A DNA stretch of 64,000 nucleotides from Bdellovibrionales bacterium (lineage in GTDB: Bacteria > Bdellovibrionota > Bdellovibrionia > Bdellovibrionales > UBA1609). The notes under the pieces are model-generated. The model was given only the letters and a program-made list of their open reading frames with translations. It did not search any database and was not told where the DNA came from. This document shows positions 31,632 to 42,040 of this stretch, piece by piece (the first letter of the stretch is position 1; the number at the start of each line of letters is the position of its first letter). The stretch is taken from NCBI GenBank assembly GCA_965199825.1, contig OZ241329.1:1184001-1248000 (forward strand), written 5' to 3'. The position numbers were made by a program, and so were the translations under genes.

Positions 31632-31822
31632 GGTTGTCACAATTTTTAGACTTAGACGTCTTGGCAGACGCACAGAACTAGGTCTTAAGATTTGCCATAA
31701 CAAACGGGCTGGTCGATCGCATGTAGGCATTATTCGCTCCGAAACGACCACAAAATCAAATTTGACGGTCTTTTGGTAGACATCCCTCAGATTTTCCCAT
31801 ATCTATATCGACTCATTTCAGC

Positions 31823-31898
31823 AGGGAATTAGCTCAGTTGGTAGAGCGCCACCCTTACAAGGTGGATGTCGTCGGTTCGAGCCCGGCATTCCCTACCA
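31823..31898 (+). tRNA. tRNA-Val(TAC)
   Basis: Acceptor stem AGGGAAT/ATTCCCT, D-arm AGCTCAGTTGGTAGAGC, anticodon arm CCACC-CTTACAA-GGTGG, GTTCGA, encoded CCA. Confidence 0.96.
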
Positions 31899-32023
31899 AA
31901 TAAATTGCATGGCACCACGTTTAAGCGAAACTCGATCTGAGTTTTGAGATGCAAAACTTATCAATTTTATACTAACTCGAAATTCATCAAATTATTGTTT
32001 GAGCAAAAGTAGGTTTCTTAACA

Positions 32024-32875
32024 ATGAGCATAGTATTGCTTCCGTATAGTTTACTGCTGATGTCGATTTTGGTCGGCTACGTGTCGACGGCTAGAAATTC
32101 GCTTGGTGTATTTACTTTGGCCATCGTAGCCGGCCTTTACTCTGATTGTTTGTCATGGATAAGCGTTCCAAGTGTCATCTGTCTCGGGACCCTTCTTTGG
32201 GCACCGGAGGGGTTGCGGCTTGGCAAAATACAAAGATTAATTTGTTATGCACTGTTTCTGATTCTTGCCATTGCCATGTCGATTCATTTGCTCCCTGGAT
32301 TCAATAATTTATTGATTTACAAACAAATTCAGTTTGCTGACGACTCAATTCCTTTTAATATGTATCTCAACTTCGATAAGACATCAGTGGGTTTATTTAT
32401 AGCACTGTTTTTCACAAGAACTGCTTTCAGCGAATTGAATGCCGAATCAATTAAGACTGCATTGGTTTTTCTAATGGTTCTAGTTGGCATAATATTGCCT
32501 ATTGCAGTGTGCATTCATTATGTTCGACTCGACCTTAAATTCCCAACCCTGGGATGGCTTTGGATTATAAATAATTTATTTTTTGTATGCTTAGCCGAAG
32601 AGGGTTTTTTCCGTGGGTTTATTCAAAGTGGGCTTGAAAGAATTCTGCCAAAAACTAAAACCTATTCTGGAATCGCAATTTTGATCTCAGCAGCGTGTTT
32701 CGGCCTTGCACATTACAAGGGCGGATTGGCTTACGTAGGTTTTGCTGGAATTTCCAGTTTGTTTTACGGATATGTGTTCCAAATGACTAAGCGCTTGGAG
32801 GCTCCAATTGTCGTACACTTTGGGTTGAATCTGATTCATTTTCTTATGTTTAGCTATCCAGCGATAATCAAATAA
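32024..32875 (+). CDS. CPBP-family intramembrane metalloprotease
   Basis: AEEGFFRG, FGLAH, HFGLN; multiple TM segments. Confidence 0.9.
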   Translation: MSIVLLPYSLLLMSILVGYVSTARNSLGVFTLAIVAGLYSDCLSWISVPSVICLGTLLWAPEGLRLGKIQRLICYALFLILAIAMSIHLLPGFNNLLIYKQIQFADDSIPFNMYLNFDKTSVGLFIALFFTRTAFSELNAESIKTALVFLMVLVGIILPIAVCIHYVRLDLKFPTLGWLWIINNLFFVCLAEEGFFRGFIQSGLERILPKTKTYSGIAILISAACFGLAHYKGGLAYVGFAGISSLFYGYVFQMTKRLEAPIVVHFGLNLIHFLMFSYPAIIK

Positions 32876-33175
32876 AAATTGGTTAATTTAGAGCACCTTA
32901 GGTTTGCTCACATGCCTTATTACCTTGCTCAAGAAGGCTCTCTGATTGAACGGATTTAAACTCTGAAGCGAATAGGTTATCGACGACTGTTATTGGTCAC
33001 AGAAACACAAATGCCAAGATTTCTTTGGTTGTCAGTGTCTATTCCCGGATTTGAATTTGTCATATTGAATCAATTTATTTGCCCGAATCATTTTAACATC
33101 AAAGCTCCGTTGTTATTTTGCAAACTGGCCAATATAGATTTCAACATCCTCCGCTTCATGCCATTAGACTATAAT

Positions 33176-33895
33176 TTAGAGGATCAGCAAAAGATCATGA
33201 TTTAAACCGTAATTTTCACTCCGCACCCTTTTAATAATTTTAAAGGGCACCTTAAAAATTTTAGAAACTCTGCTATTCAGATTGCTAATTCGAACTTGGA
33301 ATGATGGTAAACTGTTTGTATTTGATCTACGGTTATCACCAAAAATTTTGTATGAAAAATATGTGTTGGGCTGTCTTGACATGATTTCGAGGACATTTGA
33401 TTCCCACGCGCTCAATTCTACTGAATCTTCACCATAACGAATAAATCCCGTATCGACATAAAAATGCAGAGGGCCGATCTGCCTCTTTTGGCCTTGTTCA
33501 TCATCCCAAAAATAACCCACGCCGAATTTAGTTTTAAGCATGTTAAAATGAAGATCGCTTTCACGAAATTTTTTACGGATATGTACGATGACCATTTGAA
33601 CATCGCTGTCGCCTGCGCCCTGCGCGCCCCACACAAGTTTCGCGAGTTCATCTTTTGACACAATCTTAGGAGACGATTTGACCAAAAGATTAAGAACATG
33701 AAATTCAGAAGAAGAAAAAATTATTTCTTTAGCTCCCCACGTCGCCGAGCGAACATCCAGGTTGAGCTCTAATCTTTTTTTTGATTTGGCTTCAAGCTCT
33801 GATTCGCAAATAGGCAATGCAAAAACTGGCAAAGTTAAAATCAACAAAGAAATGTGTTTTAGCCATTTAAGATTTTGAGAATAATGCTGTAGCAT
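33176..33895 (-). CDS. Protein with two OmpR-type winged-helix domains and a signal-peptide-like N-terminus
   Basis: EFHVLNLL...IVSKDELAKLVWG...IVHIRKK...KTKFGVGY, then a second degenerate copy; no receiver domain. Confidence 0.75.
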   Translation of the reverse strand: MLQHYSQNLKWLKHISLLILTLPVFALPICESELEAKSKKRLELNLDVRSATWGAKEIIFSSSEFHVLNLLVKSSPKIVSKDELAKLVWGAQGAGDSDVQMVIVHIRKKFRESDLHFNMLKTKFGVGYFWDDEQGQKRQIGPLHFYVDTGFIRYGEDSVELSAWESNVLEIMSRQPNTYFSYKIFGDNRRSNTNSLPSFQVRISNLNSRVSKIFKVPFKIIKRVRSENYGLNHDLLLIL

Positions 33896-34075
33896 TTCGA
33901 TTCCTTTTTTCTCTAAGCTAAAGGACGAAAAACAAATTTTATTGTGATTCTAAATTTATGAATAAAGGAAGCGGTAAAATAAGCAAAATACGTGATCCAA
34001 AAATTGATGCGTTGCTAAATAAATTTCTATCTCGATTCGAAAGCTATTTTTCTTAAACCAAAATTAAGCATAAAA

Positions 34076-34801
34076 TTAATAACAGTACGTTTCCGTTTCA
34101 AGATTCAGCATGTAGTAGTGACCGTGTTTACTCTTAATAATTTTTTGTGTAAGATTAAAATGAGTATTAAACTTGGTATTTAATTTACTCACTTTTGATC
34201 GAAATGTAATCAAAGCAGCGCGAGAGGATTCGCTGGTTTGTGTGAAAGAGCGGTATGGATGAAAACTTAAAGGCTGACCTGAGAGAGCACTTAAGAAATC
34301 AGCTTCCCATGGACTCAGCTCCAAGATTTTATCTCGACAACGGACAAATCCTCGTTCTCGATAAAGGGTAAAAGGTCCAAATTCTTGTTCTATTTCTTCA
34401 CCTTTACCTTCACCTTGGGCCCAAGAATAACCTCTGCCATATTTATTCTTGATCAAGTTAAATTGAGGATCGATCTCTAAAAATTTTTTTTTAATTCTAA
34501 CTATTACAGTGCGGATATCATCATTTGTTGCGCCACGGGAACCCCAAACCAGTTTCGCGAGTTCATCTCTAGAAACTATTCTTGGTGCATTTCCTGAAAG
34601 AACTAAAAGTGCCCGTAATTGAATTGGTGAAAATGCAATGACTGAAGAACCCCAAATAATGGATTGAGTATTTGGGTCAATACTTAAGTTTTTATCTAGA
34701 TGAGGAAGCAAAGTCGAATCACAGACTGAAGATGCGTGAACTTGAAAAATCAAAATCATATTTAATAAAAGTAGAGATAATCGCAACTTCACCACCCACA
34801 A
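34076..34801 (-). CDS. Paralogous double winged-helix protein with a signal-peptide-like N-terminus
   Basis: IVSRDELAKLVWG...IVRIKKK...KNKYGRGY and a second copy starting LSPWEADFL; colinear with 33176..33895. Confidence 0.75.
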   Translation of the reverse strand: MWVVKLRLSLLLLNMILIFQVHASSVCDSTLLPHLDKNLSIDPNTQSIIWGSSVIAFSPIQLRALLVLSGNAPRIVSRDELAKLVWGSRGATNDDIRTVIVRIKKKFLEIDPQFNLIKNKYGRGYSWAQGEGKGEEIEQEFGPFTLYRERGFVRCRDKILELSPWEADFLSALSGQPLSFHPYRSFTQTSESSRAALITFRSKVSKLNTKFNTHFNLTQKIIKSKHGHYYMLNLETETYCY

Positions 34802-35021
34802 ATCAGAATGCTAATAAAACAATATATTCTGGTCTTATTTCCCAATATCAAGGTAGCGATAAATTTGACGCATCGTTTTTGTGAACTCCAAAAAACATTG
34901 AAATCTTACATTTCTGGCTTCGAAGATAGGCTACGTGTCGCGATGTTGCAGACCAAAATTCTTGTATCAATATTTATCGATTTGGACCCACAATCGATGG
35001 AATTAAACTTGAGGGGAAAAT

Positions 35022-35702
35022 ATGAAAATGTTGAATACGTCGATCCGAATGGCCTTGGCCTTTTTTTTGTTTGGTTGCGCCACTCCTAATCAGGATAGAA
35101 AACCGGCATCTGCTACAAGCAACTCGATGGAAATTAGAAAAAGAATTCTTCAATTTGATTCGAAATCTATTTACGGCCGATATAATCTTGTAAATAGATA
35201 CTGTTTAAGTTCGCCGATTTATTCACGATCGATCTATGGGAGCGATGTTAATAATTCGAGCAAAGGTGAATCACAACCTCAAACACCAAATGACACGCTT
35301 AAAGATTTGAATCTAACACTTCTAAAAAATGGAAATTTTAAACTGGTGGGTAAGAATACGCATGACGAGGTTTTTACCAATAAGGGACAGTTTGTTGTGA
35401 GCGAAATAGGCCCCACTGAATTTCTCAAAAAAAATGAGTTTGGTGTCATTGCAGATAACGGGTACCAACATTCGATTGTGTTAAACCTAATTAATGTTGA
35501 ATCGAATATGCCGAGTCCATCAAGAACAACTGAAACTGTGGAAATTGATTTGTTGAAATCCACACCAAACGAACTCGTTGTACACCAAAACGCTCAGGCC
35601 TCGAGCATGGGAAAAGTTGTTTTAAGCGAAGGGATTTCAAGTTGTGATTATGGAAAACTGGGTTGGGATTTAGTTACAGTTTTTAGAAAAGTGGGTCACT
35701 GA
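35022..35702 (+). CDS. Hypothetical lipoprotein
   Basis: Lipobox FLFGC followed by DRKPAS; GAGGGG SD. Confidence 0.7.
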   Translation: MKMLNTSIRMALAFFLFGCATPNQDRKPASATSNSMEIRKRILQFDSKSIYGRYNLVNRYCLSSPIYSRSIYGSDVNNSSKGESQPQTPNDTLKDLNLTLLKNGNFKLVGKNTHDEVFTNKGQFVVSEIGPTEFLKKNEFGVIADNGYQHSIVLNLINVESNMPSPSRTTETVEIDLLKSTPNELVVHQNAQASSMGKVVLSEGISSCDYGKLGWDLVTVFRKVGH

Positions 35703-35854
35703 ACTTTTAAAACACTGCAGATTGGTAGCAGAGATCTCATTGATGTCGAGCACCGTAAGTGCAAGATAAAAATCCTTACATTCTTGTAAGCGCGCGCGGT
35801 TATGTAACTCAGAAATCCGCAGTCATCGATAGCCGCGCTCGAGTTGGCAAAACT

Positions 35855-36064
35855 TTACTTTTTCAAAAGTTGATCAAGGGTCTCGACACCCTCGTTTTTT
35901 AAAACAGTTTCTAGTAAGTCATCGGATGAATATCCTTTCGCAAAACTTTCGCCGTAAGTTTTGCGAAGTGTTCCCACAAGTGTGTCGTCGCACTTATGCC
36001 GAATTTCTCCGTCGTAATCTCGAGCACGATCGTCGAGTCCTTTTTCGAATTGCCGTGATGTCAT
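35855..36064 (-). CDS. Small hypothetical protein
   Basis: 69-aa ORF with GAGG SD; GLDDRxRDxDGEI...TLVGTLRKTYG recalls a widespread small uncharacterised family. Confidence 0.65.
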   Translation of the reverse strand: MTSRQFEKGLDDRARDYDGEIRHKCDDTLVGTLRKTYGESFAKGYSSDDLLETVLKNEGVETLDQLLKK

Positions 36065-36276
36065 AAAACCTCTGTTGCTAGCTTGGATTTAAAAAAAATT
36101 TGCATCCGAAGCAATGAGAACGTTGGCATTTTTTTGTTGAGAAATTGTCTTCATTCAGAAATTTCGAAAGAGGGATAATAATTCCACAGCTTTTGAACTT
36201 GAGATCAAGACAACAACAGTTGATGTTGTGACTGCACAAACATGGCGTTGCGAATTTATTCGAAAGCGGTTGAGCG

Positions 36277-36912
36277 ATGAAATTCTTTTTTCTTTTGTTA
36301 AGTCTACCAAGTTGGGCCGCTGCGGATTGCGGATCAAAAAAAATTCCCTATCCAACTCAGGTCGAAGGGTTTTGTGAGCTATTAATTAGTCAGCCTCAAA
36401 ATAATTCTTTATGCTTGAGTAACAGTTTTACGCTGGACTCCACCAAAAGCCAGACGCAAATCATTTCAATAGGGGCTCATCCAGAAGAACTTCAATTTTT
36501 AATGAGTCTTGTTTATCAAGGGCACAAGCTGTCGGATTCGCATATCCGCTATGGCGATCAGTATGTGTTTGTTTTGACTCCGCTCAATGAAACAAAAGGA
36601 CTCACTGCTCCTGTGCGGGTTGATTTTTTTGTTGCGACAGACGGCAGCGTCGAAGCCTCGACCGTGATCAATGACATGCACTTTTCATCTCAGGAGAGTG
36701 AGCTTGAATTCACCTTGCCTATTCATTTGTTTGCTAATCAAAGTATTAAAAAGAATCGGTTTCGAACAATGATCAACCCGGTTTCAAAAATCTTTCGTCG
36801 CAAACAAAAAATAAAAAGCGAAATACAAAAGACATTTGAGCTTCGTATGAATCTTCAGTTTTTAAAACATCACCGTCATGATCTTGCCGTTCAATTCGAC
36901 ATTGAGCCTTGA
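36277..36912 (+). CDS. Hypothetical exported protein
   Basis: Signal peptide MKFFFLLLSLPSWAAA. Confidence 0.65.
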   Translation: MKFFFLLLSLPSWAAADCGSKKIPYPTQVEGFCELLISQPQNNSLCLSNSFTLDSTKSQTQIISIGAHPEELQFLMSLVYQGHKLSDSHIRYGDQYVFVLTPLNETKGLTAPVRVDFFVATDGSVEASTVINDMHFSSQESELEFTLPIHLFANQSIKKNRFRTMINPVSKIFRRKQKIKSEIQKTFELRMNLQFLKHHRHDLAVQFDIEP

Positions 36913-37376
36913 GAGCATGATCTTAAGGAACAAGTTGGAGAAAAAATGGAGTGGCCAGCGACAAAATCAATCAGACTCTCTAGATTTTAGCTTTCTAATT
37001 CTCCGGTTAAGTAAAGTATTGGGAGATCTAAGAGTGATCAAAGACAAAGGCTCAGCCAAAAATTTGTGTATTTACAATGGCATTGCAAGTAATCAGTGGG
37101 GCTCGATCACGTGTGTAGCCAAGAAAGTTAAATAGAAATAAGTTTGGTCTCTAAAAAACGCTTCGACTTATTCCGGATGGTCTATGCTCAGGCGTTTTGA
37201 TTTATATTTATTAAAATTGCCAATAGAAGATCGGCGGGTTGTTGAGTAACAACCTCTGCCTCCGAATCGTTTCAAATCAATACAAAAAAGTTATCAATTT
37301 TTCTAATAAGGCCTCGTAAGTCATTGAGAATTATTCAACAAATCCGATCAAGGTAGGGACCACGAACAGGAGCAAT

Positions 37377-38663
37377 ATGAAAAAGCCACTTTTCCCTAAC
37401 AACGAGGCCGAGAGACTTGCGGCATTGAATGCCTACGAGATCCTCGATACAGCGCCTGAGATCGCTTACGACGATATCACCGCTGTGGCCTCGGCATTGT
37501 GTGGCACTCAGATCTCGCTGGTCAGTTTGATTGATGGAGAACGACAGTGGTTCAAATCGAAACAGGGAATCGATGCAAGCGAGACACCGCGCGAGATTTC
37601 GTTTTGTGCGCATGCGATACATAGCACCGAGGTCTTTATCGTGCGTGATGCTCTTCAAGATGAACGCTTTGCAGATAACCCGTTGGTCGAAAGTGGACCC
37701 CAAATTCGTTTTTATGCTGGGGCTCCACTTATCACACCTGAAGGCTTTAACGTTGGGACACTTTGTATTGCCGATTCCGAGCCCCGCGATATTTCGCCCG
37801 AGCAAATTCAATCTTTACAAGCTTTGGCGAGACTGGTGGTCTCACAGTTAGAAACCCGCAGACTCAACAAACAATTAGCCACAAACTTTCAAGAGCTGCA
37901 AAAATATTCAAATCACATCGTAAATTATCAAAATCAAATTACCGAATCTGCAAAGATGGCGGCTCTGGGTGAGATGGCCGCTGGTATGGCTCACGAAATC
38001 AATAATCCACTAGCGATTATCAAGGGGACAATGTCGCTGCTTCAGAGAACCGTGAGTGCGGGCATAGGAAGTTTTAAAGATATTGAAATTGACCTTGAAA
38101 AGATTGATTCCACCGTCAATCGCATCGTCAAAATTGTAAATGGTCTTTTGATGTTTTCGCGCAATGCCGAGCGAGATGAAATGATCAAATACAGTGTTCA
38201 GCAAATTGTTCGCGATACATTTTCGATTTGTCAGGAGCAGTTTAAGTTAAACAACGTCAAACTCGAGTTTAATTCCACCGCCGAATCAGTTGTTGAGTGT
38301 CGACCATCTGAAATTTCTCAAATTATCTTAAATCTTTTATCTAATGCGACTGATGCGGTGGCAAAGCTTGATCAAAAATGGGTTGCGGTCAGCATCGAAG
38401 AAAATGCTCAAGGCGTTCGTTTGACAATCAAAGACAGCGGCAAGGGAATTACCAAAGCCATTGCCGAAAAGATGATGCATCCGTTTTTTACCAGCAAGAA
38501 CATCGGCAAGGGCACGGGTCTTGGACTGAGTATCGCCTTAGGCATTGCGCAAAGACATCACGGCACGCTCAGTCTCGACCAAACTTCGGATCATACTGCA
38601 TTTGTTCTTGAACTGCCTTGGACTCAACCGAATGTTATTACCAACGAGAAAAAATCGGCATAA
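37377..38663 (+). CDS. GAF-domain sensor histidine kinase
   Basis: GAF (SFCAHAI, RFYAGAPL), H-box AHEINNPL, NLLSNA, DSGKG, GTGLGL; no adjacent response regulator. Confidence 0.93.
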   Translation: MKKPLFPNNEAERLAALNAYEILDTAPEIAYDDITAVASALCGTQISLVSLIDGERQWFKSKQGIDASETPREISFCAHAIHSTEVFIVRDALQDERFADNPLVESGPQIRFYAGAPLITPEGFNVGTLCIADSEPRDISPEQIQSLQALARLVVSQLETRRLNKQLATNFQELQKYSNHIVNYQNQITESAKMAALGEMAAGMAHEINNPLAIIKGTMSLLQRTVSAGIGSFKDIEIDLEKIDSTVNRIVKIVNGLLMFSRNAERDEMIKYSVQQIVRDTFSICQEQFKLNNVKLEFNSTAESVVECRPSEISQIILNLLSNATDAVAKLDQKWVAVSIEENAQGVRLTIKDSGKGITKAIAEKMMHPFFTSKNIGKGTGLGLSIALGIAQRHHGTLSLDQTSDHTAFVLELPWTQPNVITNEKKSA

Positions 38664-38674
38664 GATCTGCCGTA

Positions 38675-39550
38675 ATGATTATTGTAGGCGCAGGACTTTG
38701 CGGTCTGACTCTAGCTCGGACGACTAAAAAAAATAAAATTTTGATTCTCGAAAAATCTCGAGGTGTGGGTGGGCGTATGGCCACGCGTCGGGATGAGCTC
38801 AACACGTATGATCACGGCGCACAGTTTTATCGACACTCCGATCATGATCCTTTTTATTGGCATCAGCGCTGGCTCGAAGCGGATGCGGCCGCTTTCTGGT
38901 TTAAAGAAGCAGATTCCTCCTATTATCGCGGCAAACCCGGAATGACCGCACTCGCCAAAAATCTTAGTCAAGATTTGGATATTCGTTTTGAACAAAAAGT
39001 GCTGATGATCAAAACAATCGAGGACCATGTGCACCTGCACTGCGAGTCGGGAGTCGAATATCAAGCAGAGCAAGTTGTCCTGACTTGTCCACTGCCACAG
39101 AGTCTTGAAATTTTGCGCAATTCAAAAATCTCATATCCAGCTGAACTTGATCACATTCGCTACCAAAAAGCGTTGGTGGGTTTATTTGAAGTTTCCAATC
39201 CAATATTAGATCAGCCTTATAAAAAGTTTGGCCAAAACATCTACTCGATCTCTTATCATCCTTCGACCATGGTGGTGGTGATGACAGATCAATTTAGCGA
39301 AGCTCATTATGATTCATCGGATGATCAAGTTCTCCAAAAAATGGTGGAGAGTTTTGAAAAGGAATGTTCGATTCAACTCCAAGTTGTCAAATTCCAGATC
39401 AAGCGCTGGCGGTATTCGCAACCGGCCTCAATGTACAATAAAAAATGTTTAGTCTTGAGTGAGTGTATTGGTTTGGCGGGCGATGCCTTCGGCGGTCCAT
39501 CATTAAAAGGTGCGGTCAGGTCGGCATTGGCGGTGAACGATGTTTTTTAA
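38675..39550 (+). CDS. Renalase-like FAD-dependent oxidoreductase
   Basis: IVGAGLCG, EKSRGVGGRMATRR, DHGAQF, RWRYS, LAGD. Confidence 0.88.
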   Translation: MIIVGAGLCGLTLARTTKKNKILILEKSRGVGGRMATRRDELNTYDHGAQFYRHSDHDPFYWHQRWLEADAAAFWFKEADSSYYRGKPGMTALAKNLSQDLDIRFEQKVLMIKTIEDHVHLHCESGVEYQAEQVVLTCPLPQSLEILRNSKISYPAELDHIRYQKALVGLFEVSNPILDQPYKKFGQNIYSISYHPSTMVVVMTDQFSEAHYDSSDDQVLQKMVESFEKECSIQLQVVKFQIKRWRYSQPASMYNKKCLVLSECIGLAGDAFGGPSLKGAVRSALAVNDVF

Positions 39551-39947
39551 ATTTATTTTTGTGTTCTGTTTTATTTTTGCAAAAGGTGAGGCGATGGAAA
39601 ATAAAAATGTTTTGGGTCAGCCCCTTGAATCTTGTAGTCAAAATCCAAAAACCGGATTTTATCGCAATGGCTCTTGTGAGACCGGACCCACCGACACTGG
39701 CACCCATACGGTGTGTGCGGTGATGACCCAAGAATTTTTGGATTTTACAAAATCAAAGGGCAATGACTTATCCACACCGCAACAGGGCTTTTCGGGCCTT
39801 AAAGCGGGCCAACGTTGGTGTTTGTGTGCAGCGAGGTGGCGTGAGGCATTTGAAGCTGGTAAGGCACCCGGTGTGGTGCTCGCAGCCACCCACCATACAA
39901 CCTTAAAGTTGATTGATTTAGACGCGTTAAAAAAACACGCTCAATAA
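39540..39947 (+). CDS. DUF2237-family protein
   Basis: NVLGQPLESC, TGFYRNGSC, HTVCA, GNDLSTP, WCLCAARW. Confidence 0.88.
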   Translation: MFFKFIFVFCFIFAKGEAMENKNVLGQPLESCSQNPKTGFYRNGSCETGPTDTGTHTVCAVMTQEFLDFTKSKGNDLSTPQQGFSGLKAGQRWCLCAARWREAFEAGKAPGVVLAATHHTTLKLIDLDALKKHAQ

Positions 39948-40222
39948 ACTTCGACGCCCTTCCAAAAGGCAACATAGTTCGAAATATTTTTGGCCGCGTC
40001 TTTAGGCTCAGGATAAAACCAAGCCGCATCGGCATTTTTTTTACCGTCAACGTTGAGGCTATAATAACTTGCCACACCCTTCCAAGAGCAAGTGGTATGC
40101 AGTTGGCTCGGCTCAAAATATTTTTTGTTTAGACTATCCATCGGAAAATAAGCATTGCCTTCGACTTCAATTGTTTGATCGCTCTCGGCAAGCACTGCAC
40201 CATTCCAAATTGCTTTTTTCAT
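39941..40222 (-). CDS. DUF427-family protein
   Basis: From ATG 40222: KAIWNGAVLAESD, VEGNAYFP, CSWKGVASYY, AWFYPEP. Confidence 0.9.
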   Translation of the reverse strand: MKKAIWNGAVLAESDQTIEVEGNAYFPMDSLNKKYFEPSQLHTTCSWKGVASYYSLNVDGKKNADAAWFYPEPKDAAKNISNYVAFWKGVEVY

Positions 40223-41016
40223 TAGCGGCTCCCAAAGCTTGGCCGAAGGCTGTTGGATTTGGCAATCGCACCACAAATTAAAAATACCATGGCGGTTGCA
40301 ATGATAGGCAGCCAGACCGCACCCGCCATCGCAAGCCCAAGCGGAAGAACAAGATTTGCAAAATAAAATTTGAGCGGAAATGAGTTTTTGATCCAACGCT
40401 CAGGGGTGTGAACTTTTAAATATTCAAAAACACTAAAAATCAGAACGCCGGTAAAAAACCATCCACAAAAATTGGTCAGTGGAATGTTAAGGATTGATAG
40501 CCCTGGATTTTCCCACACCCAAAAAGGTGTCAAATGGCTCATTGCGGGATCGAGAGTAAAATCCCATGTGACTAACAAAACAGCAGCAAGCAGAACTCGA
40601 TAAACCTTGTTTGATCTGTATCCCAAAATCCAATCAGCTAAACAAAAACAAGGCATAGCCATAAAAAACCAACTTAAAGGAATCAGCAGCGGCACACGAT
40701 CCAAAATTTTGTATCCCAACAAACTGGTGTAAGCATATTTGCCAAACGGAATCCCATAAATTGTTCCGGCAAGCTCCATGCTTAAGCTAATTCCAAAAGC
40801 GGCTACAAAAAACTTAAGCCATTTTGAACCAAAACTTTTTTGACATTCAAGAGCCATCACCACGAATGCAATCAAAATCAAAGACTGCGAAAAGAGCGGC
40901 ATCGAGATCGCAAAAAACTGGGGAGCTCCAGGATATTTCGCCAAATTTTCGGGGTGGACCATAAAGGTGGTGTATCCAAGGATCGAGGCTAAACTTAAAA
41001 TTATAATTAAAATCAT
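40222..41016 (-). CDS. CruF-like carotenoid hydratase family membrane protein (DUF422)
   Basis: E..G...G.PFGKYAY, VPLLIPLSW, WDFTLDP, IPLTNFCGW. Confidence 0.8.
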   Translation of the reverse strand: MILIIILSLASILGYTTFMVHPENLAKYPGAPQFFAISMPLFSQSLILIAFVVMALECQKSFGSKWLKFFVAAFGISLSMELAGTIYGIPFGKYAYTSLLGYKILDRVPLLIPLSWFFMAMPCFCLADWILGYRSNKVYRVLLAAVLLVTWDFTLDPAMSHLTPFWVWENPGLSILNIPLTNFCGWFFTGVLIFSVFEYLKVHTPERWIKNSFPLKFYFANLVLPLGLAMAGAVWLPIIATAMVFLICGAIAKSNSLRPSFGSR

Positions 41017-41094
41017 GCCCGCTTGTAGCCCAAGGGGTAGGGGGCTTCAATCAAAAAGGGGTCTAAAAGTTTTGATTACCTGGCCCGAGAACTC

Positions 41095-42027
41095 ATGTTA
41101 TTTTTGTCTATGCTTAAATTATTATTTGTACTTACTTCGTGTTTAGCGGCTCCGCGCTTAACCCCGGGACTTAGCCAAATCTCCAGTGAAGCCCGCTTGG
41201 CTTGGATTAAGGCCAATATTCTTGATCTCAAGGATTTATCGGCAAAAGAAAAATCGAATCTTAAAATTTCAAGTGAGATCGTCGAATTTACGGGTGAGAC
41301 AATCAAAGTAAAAATCGAACCTCGTGGAAATGTAGAAAGTCGTTTCTCTTATTTTCCCGATCAAATCCAATCGGTCAATTCTCCAGGCTTAACCGCTATG
41401 GTTGAGTACGAAATAAAATTGGGCGGTGAAGAAGCGCGCATCTTGATTTCACAATTGCTACAGGCTGAAAAGTCTTATCGGTTACGACCAGCGCTCGGTT
41501 TGATTGTCACTCCCTTGGCCAAGCAGGCCTTGATTGATAGGAGGGTTCTGCCTCTGTATTTCAAAGTCTTATCACGTCTAACAGTTGATGATACGAGTTG
41601 GAGATCCTGGGGCGATGGGGAATCAGTGATGGATAAATTCTTTGAAGAAATCTTCAATGATTTTCATGGCAATGTTCTTGATTTTGGTTTGGTGACTGCA
41701 GCTGCCATGACTCCACACTATTCTATCCGTCAATTAAATCTGACGGATGACTTAGTGCTTTTACGTGCTCACCGTTTTCGACAGATCTTAATGGGGGTGC
41801 AATCCTCAGATCGATTCGAGGTTGCAAAAAAAGGTTTGATTGACTCACAGGCGTTGAATGATTTCTTGAGAGAATTCCCAACCGATAAAAGGGTTGCACA
41901 GAATAAAGTTAAAGCAGTTACTCAAATGTGGCGAATCCGAAGATTCTTGCTGAGCAGTCCATTTGTTCATGATGTTCTTGGGGCGACCGTGTGCGCTAAT
42001 TATTTAGGCTCCGTGCCCAAATACTGA
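41095..42027 (+). CDS. Hypothetical exported protein
   Basis: Hydrophobic N-terminus; C-terminal VCANYL. Confidence 0.65.
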   Translation: MLFLSMLKLLFVLTSCLAAPRLTPGLSQISSEARLAWIKANILDLKDLSAKEKSNLKISSEIVEFTGETIKVKIEPRGNVESRFSYFPDQIQSVNSPGLTAMVEYEIKLGGEEARILISQLLQAEKSYRLRPALGLIVTPLAKQALIDRRVLPLYFKVLSRLTVDDTSWRSWGDGESVMDKFFEEIFNDFHGNVLDFGLVTAAAMTPHYSIRQLNLTDDLVLLRAHRFRQILMGVQSSDRFEVAKKGLIDSQALNDFLREFPTDKRVAQNKVKAVTQMWRIRRFLLSSPFVHDVLGATVCANYLGSVPKY

Positions 42028-42040
42028 TAGCGTTATTAAA

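Noticed and set aside
32880..33175. Possible decayed gene remnant
   Set aside because: Broken frames with no recognisable motif; the same applies to 36913-37300.
31823..37300. Prophage or integrative element at tRNA-Val
   Set aside because: No integrase, structural genes or att duplication seen.
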